Shown here piece after piece: positions 52,801 through 64,000 of a stretch of DNA of 64,000 nt. This DNA is from Priapulus caudatus (taxonomy: Eukaryota). Under the pieces are notes generated by a model, which saw only the letters and a list, made by a program, of their open reading frames with translations, did not search any database and was not told the DNA's origin. The stretch covers positions 555,918-619,917 of the forward strand of contig NW_014577065.1 of the NCBI RefSeq assembly GCF_000485595.1, given 5' to 3'. The position numbers were made by a program, and so were the translations under genes. Numbering within the stretch: the stretch's first letter is position 1; each line of letters opens with the position of its first letter.

Positions 52801-55800
52801 TCTGTCGAACCGGTTCCACAAAACTCAATTTTGTAAACACAAAACTCAATTCTGTCAATCCTGTCCCACAAAACTCAATTTTGTGAACACAAAACTCAAT
52901 TCTGTCAATCCTGTCCCACAAAACTCAATTTTGTAAACACAAAACTCAATTCTGTCGAACCGGTTCCACAAAACTCGATTTTGTTGCCCAAATATGGCAC
53001 ACGCATGTAAGAAGGGCTACCATTGGTCAGAAGAAACAAGATGGCGACCATGACACATTTCTCCAGCCCAGTTTCTGACCAATGGTAGCCCTTCTTACAT
53101 GCGTGTGCCATATTTGGGCAACAAAATCGAGTTTTGTGGAACCGGTTCGACAGAATTGAGTTTTGTGTTTACAAAATTGAGTTTTGTGGAACCGGTTCGA
53201 CAGAATTGAGTTTTGTGTTCACAAAATTGAGTTTTGTAGAACAGGATTGACAGAATTGAGTTTTGTGTTCACAAAACTCATTTTTGTCAAGTTTATAGGT
53301 ACAAAAATGCCTGTCCTGCATGGCGCCCCGTAGCAGCAGCAGTAGTTGTAAGTTCACTATCACGCATACGAGATGCATGCGAATATTGTTGCGCGCGCAC
53401 ATGTAGCATGTTCAACTCCGTCAGCGCATGTTGGACTTAAACGAAGTTGTTCGACGCAAATACTGCAACGACCATATAGTAGCCGCCAACGGAGTCGATC
53501 GTCTCGTACACGCGTACTAGTAACCTTTCCACTCGCTGTCCCTAACGCTCGGGGATCGCACGTGGACGCGTAATAAATAGAGAGGCGGAATGCTCGCGGG
53601 CCGGCCTGTCGCTGCCATCGTGCGCATTCCGACCGAAACACGAGAGGCTTGTTAGTTCCAAAAAATAGCAGAGCCGTCACTTATCGGGATTTTGTCAATG
53701 ATACGCGCGGAAAAAATGCGCGCGCCCGGACGCTTGCCAACTCGTACGCACGCGTGTCAACGCGCATGCGCTGTGCGCCAACTCGGAGGCGAGATTGCCA
53801 GCTCGGTGGAAGGGGTAGCCAGCGCTGCTAGAATAACCCGTGCGCCATCGTTTCAGCATACGGAGTTCGGAGTCAAGGTCGCACTCAAGGAGATACAGAT
53901 TAGATACTAGTGTTTACGTCGACTGGAGTCTCGTAATTAAGACGCATAGGCACAGCTTCGGTGCACGTGCTGAACGTTCGGGCCTCCGTATACCATACTG
54001 CGGTCACACAGGCTGTCTGTCCGACTCTGCTATGCATATACGCGGATGGCCTATTTATGGCTATATGCGAGCCGCCGATAAAATATATGCGGGTGCCGGG
54101 CAAACATATTTAGCTGAAGAGCCAAACATACGTGGGTGAAGAAACCAAACATACGTGGGCGGGAAGAGCCGAGTTGTGAAGATAGCGTTCGTTTTTTGTT
54201 TGTGCGTTTATTTATTTTGGGTTTTTTCCCTTCTTTGCTCACCGCTAATGAACTCCGAGTACGCAAATGAATGGTCACGAATCGTGTTTTTTGTGGACGC
54301 GATGACGACTAGATGCTTGCTGTGACCTTGACGCTGACATGCGTCGTTACGGAGCTGCGTGTAACCAGATCCGGGCCGGTGCGGCTTACCCGCACGTTCT
54401 TATCCGAGATTACTAGATGTTCTCCCGACACGATAAACCAACTACTCAAACGTAGAGGCGGGAACGGCTAGTCGAAGATTGTGAGTTGCGAATATCAGTA
54501 CAGATGTGAATGTGAATGTAAATATAAATTTAATTATGAATGTAAATGGAAATGGAAATGGAAATGGAAATGGAAATATTAATGTAAATGTAAATGTAAA
54601 TGTAAATGCTAAAGTCAATGTCAATGTCAGTCAATGTCAACGTAGATGTAAATGTAAAAGTATATATAAATGTTAACGCAAATGTAAATAGTACGTGTAA
54701 ATTATATCGCTACAATAATATTCGCATGGGAGGCACGTGTGAAAAATAAAGTGTATACCTGATATGGCCGATCTGGGTTCTGAGCGCAGACGTGCATCTG
54801 CAACAGGATGCGTTGGGTAAACGTCTTGAAACACTGTCCGCATTTCCAGAGGTGCCAGTCGTTGGAGTGCCCTCCTCCTCCTGCTCCGCCACCTCCCCCA
54901 CCTCCGCCGCCTCCTCCTCCTCCTCCTCCTCCTCCGCCTCTATCCTCGCATGACTTTATTTTGGGCGAGATGCCGTTAGAACAAGCGACGATGCTCTCTG
55001 GGCTTCCCTGCGTAGTAGCACTGCGGTACGGTAGATGGCGCGCGCTCGGCTTCGGGGTCAAGGCCTTCGGAGAGAGGTCATCACTCGGCGGCGTGTCCAA
55101 GATGGCGGACATGTTGTAAAGAGGGCAGCCGTTGTCGCCGGGCTCCTGGTCGGAGCGAGTGGACACTGGCGTCGACCCAGCATTAGTCATCGACTCTGCA
55201 ACAAAACACGGGCCGCATGTGACTGTTACAGCAGCTCCCACCTAGTCTTCGTCTCTTAGGTCGTAGTCTCGTGGAAGAGTTAATGTTTCGGTGAGGGCGA
55301 AAAGCGTTTTTTCGTACATATTAAAAAAAACCCTAAATGACCGAATGTATATGTTTCGGTGTCTGCCTGGCGGTCGTAATCTCTTGATATGAATGACCTT
55401 ACTAATGGCGCCAATAGCATTATTTACAGGATAAGATCAGAGAGTCGCCTCTTTGAGCAATATTCACGTCGTTTGGGCATTTATTGCAGCGGTACCTCCG
55501 TCCTGAGACAGAGAAAAGAATTGCGCGGGCATGCACACATACACACACGTACACACGTACGCGGTCTACCGCACGCATGTACCCCGGCATGCACGCATTC
55601 ACGCCGCACGCACGCACGCACACACGTGAACGCACGCATACACGCGCGGTGAACCGCACACGCGCACAAACGAGCCACTCGCGACACAAGCGACGGCGCG
55701 AATCCGAGCAATCTTCTCCAAATTGCATCAGCGATCGGCTAAAGGCTTGCGGCCCCGCGCAGAAAATGTCCCACTAATGACGTCACACGCGGATCGACCC

Positions 55801-58800
55801 AGATTAGATCGGATGGATAAAATAAAGGCGTACATACAAGCGGCGTTATTTAACGACCTGTGAAACGACGAGCGCGCCCAACAGACGTCGGCAAATTCAG
55901 CATCGGTTATTCTCAACACGATGACGTCGAACGTAACTGAGCGGACGAAGCGGCGACTCTGAATGCCTGTGCGACTGCGGGTGGGTGGCGGGCGCATAGG
56001 ATACACGTAGACACCACTCCATTAGATGAGTACTACGTTCAGACGCCGGTTACTCCGACAAACATATTTTAGGAGGGAAAAAGCTAGACGAGTTAATTAA
56101 TTATTTGCGGCGTGTTGTTTTAGATGACATTTGTCAGCCATTTCTACTTTTTTTTATAGACGAATTGGAGAGCCTGGTGCATTTCAGAACCCACTTCTAT
56201 GATGCTATTAGTGTGCGAGGGAATGCAAATACCGGAGCTCTTATGATTCTGTACGTCTCCCCACACCGCCTTCCCTGTGACCCAACGACGAGGGCAGGCG
56301 TAATGGAAGATTCAATGTATGAGATATGTTGTCACGAGAGTCGTGTATTTATGAATCTAACAATTGCAAAACACGTACATTATCTATGAAATCATAGTGA
56401 AATCGGATTCGCAGAATGTTTTTCTACGCGTACAAAAATCCAGAGTGGTAACTACTTATATGGCCGGCCTTCATCGGGACATTTTCATGGTTCCGGACCT
56501 TAAGCGGGGACTACTGCATATGCTAGTGTAAGCAGGAGCGCATAAACAACGACCAACCTTCGATCGAGAGTTGCTTAAGGGTGAGCGGGATGCCCATGAA
56601 GTGCGCGTAGGAGTCACCGTAGTAGGCGAGCAGTTCCTCGCCGGGCGCGATGCTGCGGGTGACACGGTAGTAGACCATGCCGCCCTGTTGCACGGCGGCC
56701 ATGTTCTGCTCCTGCCAGTAGCGGGCGCTCTGAACGTACCGCATCCAGGTGCTGCCCTCTATGAAATGCGTCACTTGTCCCTTCTCGTAGACCTGTAACC
56801 GAAATAATACGACAAAAAGTATGTAATAAATAATGATAAAATAAACAATATATATATATATATATAATATTTATAAAATAAATAATAGAAAAAATTAGTT
56901 AGAATTAATTAATTGTTCGCAGATTAACGTCGAATATCTTCATCCTCCTCACGGGAACGAGAAAGGTTGCCTTACCTACCTACCTATTCGGTCCAGGTGC
57001 ACGATAGCGTGTAAGCATGATTGCGCGCACGTATACGTGCGTGCGTGCGTGGGTGAGTGTGAGTTTTGTAATAATATGTCCACCGTGTTCTAATAATGTG
57101 ATTAGGAAATGAAAACAAGTAAACCTAACACGCGTTTCAAATATTTTCACCCATTCTAGGCTATATGCAGACCAGGCCATGCACACAAATAACGTACGCA
57201 CATGAGCCTACGCGCTCAAACAATACACATCTAGAAAACACTTGGTTACGGTACAGTTTTTTTGCCTTAAATCAATTCAGTGTCCAGGGCACGTGCTGGA
57301 ATTCATGTTTGCGCACAGTTCGGCACCCCAAGATAAACACTATTAATACAGACTTGTTATATATTTAACAAGATTTATCAATGTATTAAATATTTACTAA
57401 CATGCTATAGAGACAATATTAATTATTCCCCAGAGTCTTCATTTTTCATGTGTCCGCGTCTATATTCTTAATTTAGCTAGCTCTACGAATGCTATCCGTT
57501 AATCAATCTAGAAGACTGCAGCGTTGGCAAGCGCAAGAATTTACATGTCACATTTGTTGTGGCGTCGAAACCGGAAAATTGGCCCGCTGAATCATAGCCA
57601 TCAAGCTTCAGACGATCGAGTAATAGAGGCGCTGAGATTCGCGATGTCACGACGACGTAACGCATATTGAAGTCACGTGCAACCTTCGCGCGGTGTTTCG
57701 GCTTTGTGGTACAGGTCGGGTGCTATTCGGTTTATTTCGAATGACGCGGCGAATAAAGTTATCGCGGACGGAGCTATTTTTTAATCGAGAACTTCAGCGG
57801 TAACCAGCTTATTGTACAAGTGGCCGTGTCGAACGCGGGATACCCTTTATACGCGTATTCTATGCAAGTTATACTCTAACGTCAAGCTCTCTCGCGCAAT
57901 TATAATCCTGACCCTTAAAGCTATTCTGCAGGCGAGAGAATAAACAATTACGTGCACATAGCCATTGAGTAATAAAGTTTTTGAAATAAAGTTTCAATAC
58001 ATGAACGTCACCTATAGGCTTGGATTACGAAATAATTTGGTTTTGCTATTAATTGAATTTATTTTTAAGGGTTATTTATAGTTAATTGGATTGTTTTTTG
58101 TGTGCAAACATTTCCCGAGTAAAAACGCATCGTGGTCACTCCAGCTGATTCGTATAATTTCACGAGCTAGAGCTGGTGAAGGAATGGCAGTATCGTACAT
58201 GCACAAAATCATATCTCTATGGATTTCATTTAAAACGGCTTCAACTGCGAGATTTCAACAAGCCGGATGCACTAAAATCAAGTTAAATCCACGCGGTTAA
58301 CGCGCGTCGAAACGAAATCGTTTGCACAATTACGCGTGAAACGATGCAGACTAGTTCTTTCTTTTTAACGGGATATACCCAGCGCGAGAAAAGTCGCTGA
58401 TCACGTGGTCAATCACGCCTGCCCGATGCTTGCATAGAGTCGATTGGCAGAAGCGGGCAATTAAATGCGAGCCGTACATTGATCGAACAATTTAATTAGC
58501 ATTATCTTTATTAATACTGGCTTATCGGAATATTTTAAAATACTTGTGGCCAAAATTAGCGAGAAGAATGACAAGATCGAGAACTAGCATCTATATGAAT
58601 TGTCTCTCCCCTAGAATGGTTTGGTAAATGAGACACACGGGGATGAGACAAATAAACGGGTTTGCTTCTGACTACACATTAGTTGATGACCCGTAAGTTA
58701 CGTAATCTATGGCGCAAGCATTCAAATTGTCACAACTGAATGTGTGAGCTGTTATTTGATATGCCACTAATTATGAATGTCCGGATGGGTCACTTTAATT

Positions 58801-59394
58801 ACATACGCGCACATTCGCACTCACGCATACACACATATGCACGCGCGCATGCAGCCACTTACACATATTTACGCTATTGTACATGTATGTGTGTTTTGAT
58901 GTACTACGATACTATTAACTGTGATAACAATATAATTTCTTCAATATCATTGTACTTTTTCGCCGAGGACTGATGCTATTCACAGATATATATTTTGCGA
59001 ATGCATCTGTTTGCTTAGATGTATTCCAGAACCTTAAGGTAATTGTAGCGCTGGCATGTATTGCGTTCGTAGTATAATTGACGCGTCTCGTAGAGTTAAA
59101 TCTTCTCTGCTGTAATTGGCTATACGGTCGTGCACGGCTAATCCGCACGTTTCGCTTAGCAATCGCAGCAACACCAGCATCGTCTACCGTTGCTGGTGTT
59201 CGCTCACGCGTTAGCCGCATCTGTGTCGGAATGCCACCGACTCGCCAGCTTCGCTGTCATTCGCGTCGCTTCCTAATCGCAGCAGCGGCAATGTGCTTCG
59301 AGTTTCCTTACCTCCCACAGCGCCGATGAGTCAACTTGCGGACCGAGGTCCTGCAGCGCCACGTAGCGGCCTTCGTACGGACCCATCCAAGTAC
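46452..59394 (-). CDS. PRDM6: PR/SET-domain zinc-finger protein, PRDM6 orthologue (5' end unresolved)
   Basis: Five phase-consistent GT-AG exons: 59394-59312 (GTWMGPYEG...ALWE), 56792-56558 ([24 protein letters not shown]...EQNM...[18 protein letters not shown]), 55195-54759 (...[34 protein letters not shown]), 47358-47192 (CGHC...[45 protein letters not shown]), 46590-46452 ([24 protein letters not shown]...*). The zinc-finger block is recognised from memory as closely matching vertebrate PRDM6. Confidence 0.92.
52721..53332. mobile_element. EnSpm-like palindromic MITE with subterminal tandem repeats, in a PRDM6 intron
   Basis: TACGGGGCGCCATG / CATGGCGCCCCGTA termini, 2-bp GC flanking duplication, arms built from ACAAAACTCAATT(C/T)TGT units (~50-bp period), loop ~53029-53076. 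Confidence 0.8.
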
Positions 59395-60784
59395 CTGTAC
59401 CGAAAAGAAACCCATCAATATTAAGTTGTTTATTGCTTCGTCGCTGCGTTTTGTAATAAACTAAACTACGCGTCGTCGTCATCATCATCATTTCATCACC
59501 GTCATCGTTATCGTCATCGTCACCGTCATCGTTATCGTCATCGTCACCGTCATCGTTATCGTCATCGTCGCCGTAGTCATCATGCGTGCGTCACTTGTCA
59601 CGTTCTATATAACGCATGCAGCGTCTCTGTTCGTCGCTATATAAGCCTATCGGATGTCACTCGCTGTTGACGTGCATCCCGCGTTAGCAACTTTTCTCGG
59701 CGACATTGTCTGTTCGATCGAGAAATAAGCCGGTCGGCATTGTGTTCATTGTCTGCCTGCGTCGGTCATCATGTTTTTCTCGCTATAAGCGCCTAGTATC
59801 CGCCGTGCCTGATGACGCATGCTGCACGAGCCGAGATAAGCAGGAGAGAGAGAGACGAGTAAAGAGGGGGAGAAGACATCGGCAGTGAGAGCGAGAGCCG
59901 AGAAAGAAGAGAGAAGAAGAGAGAGAGAAGAGAGAGAGAGAGAAGAGAGAGAGACGAGAATGGGGGGGGAGAAAAGCGGCGTGCAACGCATGAGCTATAT
60001 AGAGAGACGAAGAAGAACGAAGACGACGGAGCAGAAAAGAAATAATTCAAGAAGACACATAAGTCTACAATTCTGAAAGTGAAAAGCAAATAAAACGATA
60101 ACGAGCAAGAAAGAGAGAGAGAGAAAGAGCGATAGAGAAGCGAAAAGAGAAAGAGAGAGAGATAGAAGAGAGAAAAAAAAGAAAGAGAAGAAGACTACGA
60201 AATACGAAAGAGAGATAGAGACGAGAAGAAAAGAGAGAGAGAGAGAAAGAGATAGAGCGAAGAGAGAGAAAGGGGGGAAGTGTAAGTCAACACGGGCTTC
60301 CCTGCACCTACCTCTTTTACTCACAGTCGACGAGAACATCCTTCCAAAAACAAAACGTACGATCGAACAGTAACACTTTCAACGGAATAATTGTATTTTT
60401 AGTAAAAACGAAATACATTCGTCTCTAGTGATACGTATTTTGAAAAGAATCCTAAGCGGCGAAGAAACGCCGCGAATTATATCGCGCATAACGCGGAAAT
60501 GTGGAAAGCCACAATTAATAGATAAAAAAATTCGCGGCAAACATTGATGGATACTGCCATTATATACATAATAATAGCACTTGATCGATAGCCTCAAGAC
60601 ACCTAAGCATTAATACATATTTTAGCACAGCCCAATCAAGCGAAGTCAAATCGCAGCATTGATAGTCTTTATTAATTACGAAACCGAAACTATATATATT
60701 CTCGTATACTCCACACACATTACCGACATCCCCGGTAATCCAATCACTCTATTCATTGCCGCTCTCTATCTTCTCCTCTCTTTC

Positions 60785-60815
<31 letters not shown>

Positions 60816-61649
60816 CTCTCCTCGTCTCTCTTCTCTCTCTCTCTACCCGCAGTCTCTCCTCTCCGGTGTTCACGGGGTATTCACTCTACGGCTGTCGCAA
60901 CTGCAGCAGACTAAACAACATGCTACGCCAACCTGGATACAGCGTCCCAACGATGGATCTAGAGGTGATTGCAATATGCCCCGAAGCATACTATCATCAA
61001 GAACAACACGCCGTGATTGCCCCGTTCTTGAGCCATGATTTTTTTTTACAGAAAATTCCACCCGCAATGCACATATTTCTCAATTTAGCCACACTTACGG
61101 GTTGGATAACGTCCGTATCTCGCACACTGGAAACATTTACATCTAAATAAATACAGCGAAACCAAAAAATCGTTGTATTCACCAGAACAAAATCACCATG
61201 CCAAGGACAATCACCCACTACAGGCTTGTTATAGCGACTGGTTGATCGATGATCTCTATTAAATTTCCCATAGTAATTAGCAAAATACATATGACGATGA
61301 AGAAAAAACAAAATAATTTCCAATACAATAATAGAATCGCAACTCGCCTTCGACGGATTAAAATGATCTACGATTCTCAATAGCATAAACCTTCTGAAAA
61401 ACGAAATATGATAACCGACCTGAAAAATATCGATCCTACAATTCTCTCAATACTCAACGCCGATTAAACTAGATATTCGTAACCCACGGGAAGATCGACG
61501 ATTTTTCCAACGCCGAACGAATAAGCCGGACCCGATGCAATATCGATTACTTCGATCAGCGGGCCAGTGGGTGGCGAGGTTAGCGCTGCTTACGATGTAT
61601 GATTAGCGCGCGAAACAGAACACCCGTAGATGGCCCCGGATCCGCTTAC

Positions 61650-61717
61650 CAACAAGACACACCATCATCCGCTGCCTGTCTCCTTGAGCGCCTCCAGCGC
61701 CGTCTCGTTAGCTGTGC
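61650..61717 (-). other. Candidate upstream PRDM6 exon (5' UTR plus ATG at 61668)
   Basis: ttatttcag acceptor and GTAAGC donor; ATG ATG GTG TGT CTT GTT G splices in phase 1 onto GT ACT TGG of exon 59394; in-frame TAA upstream within the exon. Confidence 0.4.
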
Positions 61718-63561
61718 CTGAAATAAGGCCAAAAGCAACCGATACGGGGCGATGATGGTATAAGATACCTCCACAGTTACTCGCCCGCAGTTCAGCTGCA
61801 TAGTCACGCCGTATGATGGGCTCCGAATTCTAGCGCCCGCTGGTTATACCCAATACTTACAAATAATAACGTAAAAAACATAAAATGAACGTATAAAAAC
61901 GTATAAAATAAACGTACAAAGCGTGCCGTGTTTAACAATACTATTCGCGCCAACCGCAACAGCCTAGTATAACTCTGCTTTTCGAATATATCGGATCATG
62001 CAACAATCTCTAAATGAAGTTGGCTAATATATCCCGCGAGTCTTAAGCATAATACTCGCGTGCATTGCATAGATTGACAATAAAGCATCGCGTTAGAACT
62101 AGTTTACATGTCCACGCGATTCGCTCGCGCGCCACGAAATGAAGCCATTTCACTGTTTACCTAACCGCCAAGGCGGAGGTTTCGTAGCGAGTGCCGAGCA
62201 TTGTCGATCAGACACCGCTCATATCATCATCATTTTGTAGTCGCCCGTTCGTATTTACCGAAAACGTTAGTTGACCCGTTCCGTGACCAATCTGCCGTCA
62301 TCGATGACGTCTCAATCCATCCGCTAACGTCGAACGTGCGCGCGCGGTATTCTCCACGTATAGCATGTCGCTCTGCCCAGTGCTGCGTGCGCGTCGGTCG
62401 TGCGGTCGGCGTGAGTGCGTGCGTGAGTGCGTGCTCGGTGCAGCGTTCGTAAGTGCGGTCTCGTCGTCGCGGCGTTCTGTGCCTTCGTGCGTGGCGTCGT
62501 GCTGCGTGCTGCCCCGTCCGGTGCGGCGTGCAGTCTACGGTCTGTGCTCGTGCCGTGCGGTCCTGCATTCGTGCGGCGTAGCGTCGGTGCGGTCGTGCTG
62601 TGGGCTTCTGTCGGGCGTCGTGCGTGCTTCGTGCGGTCATGCCTGCTGTCGGCGGTCGTGCGTCGTGCGCTGCGTCGCGTGCTGCGTGCGGCGCGTTGCG
62701 GTCGTGCGTGATCGTGAATGAGTGCGGTGCGCGTGCGCTGTGCGTTCGGCGCTTGCTGCGTGCCCGTGCGCGTGCGTGATGGCGGTCGTGCGTGCGTGTC
62801 TGTGCGTCTTGCGTGGTTGCTGCGTCGTGCTGTGCGCGTGCGTTGTGCGTCGATGCTGCGGTCGTGCGTGCGGCCGTGCGTGCCGGTCGTGCTGCGTCTG
62901 CGTCGTGCGTGCGGTCGTGCGCGTGCCGTGCGGCGGCGTCGTGTGCGGTCGTGCGGCGTGCCGTCGTGGGTCGGCGTCTGCGTCTGCGGTCGTGCGTCGT
63001 GTCCGTCGTGCCGTCGTGCGGTTCGCGTAAGTTTCGTCGTCTTGCGGTCGTTGGGTCGTGCGTTCGTAACTGCGTGCTCCGCGCGCGCGCGCGTCGTGCA
63101 CTGCTCACGTAAGCTGGACCAGCATCCATAATGCTAATGCTAGCCGCGTGTAATACTGCCATACGTCTGCAATCAATGCAGGCTTCATTGTACACATAGC
63201 GATCGCTTATCATTGCCTTGCTTTTTCTAACGCAGTGACTTGCTTGGCTCCTAACCTTTTAACTCCAATTATTCAAATGTCTGTTCTCTCCTTCTCCTTC
63301 ATCTTCTCTCTCTCTACTCTCTGCTCCTCTCTCTCTCTGCTCTCGTCTCATCTCCTCTCTCCTCATCTCTCTCTCCTCTTCTTCACGCTGCTCCCGCTCT
63401 TTCTGCATTCCCCTTCTCTTCTCTCTCTCTCTCTCTCTCTTCACCCTCTCTCATTGTTGGAGTCTTTTGGACGAGTTAATAGATGCAACAGAGAGAGGGG
63501 GAGAAAGGATTACAAAGAAATGGGCGATCGCCCGTGAATGATAACAAGAGCGAATGAGAGC

Positions 63562-63657
<96 letters not shown>

Positions 63658-64000
63658 CCGAGAATGAGACGAGAGAAAAATACCAAGTTGAGCAGAATAT
63701 AGAACAAGCCTAATTCAGGTATTATTTTCTTACGATAAAACGCGATCGACTAGCGTATTTATAACACAAAACCGCAGTAGGGAAGTAAGGCGGTTCCAAT
63801 ATCACAGCTCTGAGCAATAAATTATCCAGTTATTCAACGTACACACGTACGCACATGTCTACGACTCATCATAGAAATAGAAATCATGTTTAATTACGAC
63901 TCCAGATCCAAATCTTTGCTGAGCATCCGATCCCTGGTGTCTATCACATATCGTATATATAAATATATATATATATATCATTGGCATGCATGAGGGCGTT

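Noticed and set aside
52745..53285. CRISPR-like repeat-spacer appearance
   Set aside because: Spacers are themselves repeated, the array is palindromic with TIRs, the context is a eukaryotic intron, and there are no cas genes.
62160..62215. HSLRNL resembling vertebrate PRDM6 HSLRRL, next to a GT donor
   Set aside because: In-frame stops on both sides and no compatible splice phase; probably coincidence.
62230..63213. 327-aa Arg/Ala/Thr-rich ORF upstream of PRDM6
   Set aside because: Degenerate (GCGT)n repeat; no PRDM6 similarity.

Overview
Repeat-rich genomic DNA from an invertebrate animal (inferred from spliceosomal GT-AG introns, abundant microsatellites and gene content), with N-gaps and several error-laden stretches resembling raw long-read gap fill. 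Genes: (1) an intact 4-exon gustatory-receptor-like 7TM ion channel gene (9641-12561, -, 459 aa) with the family's three phase-0 C-terminal introns, plus three degraded or partial paralog copies; (2) a single-exon rhodopsin-class GPCR (24432-25513, -) broken by a 1-nt frameshift, with a neighbouring paralog fragment; (3) a PRDM6 orthologue (PR/SET plus 4 zinc fingers; five exons at 46452-59394, -; 5' end unresolved). Mobile DNA includes a decayed RTE-clade LINE with a structured 5' leader, a 5'-inverted Penelope-like fragment carrying a well-formed hammerhead ribozyme, a complete non-autonomous Helitron, a solo LTR with a nested MULE-like MITE, and EnSpm-, Harbinger- and Kolobok-like MITEs. 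The most distinctive observation is a family of tiny (20-250 bp) P/Galileo-like hairpin elements with 7-bp target duplications, two of which sit at the mirror-image site in opposite arms of one host MITE. All calls were read by eye; no database searches were run.
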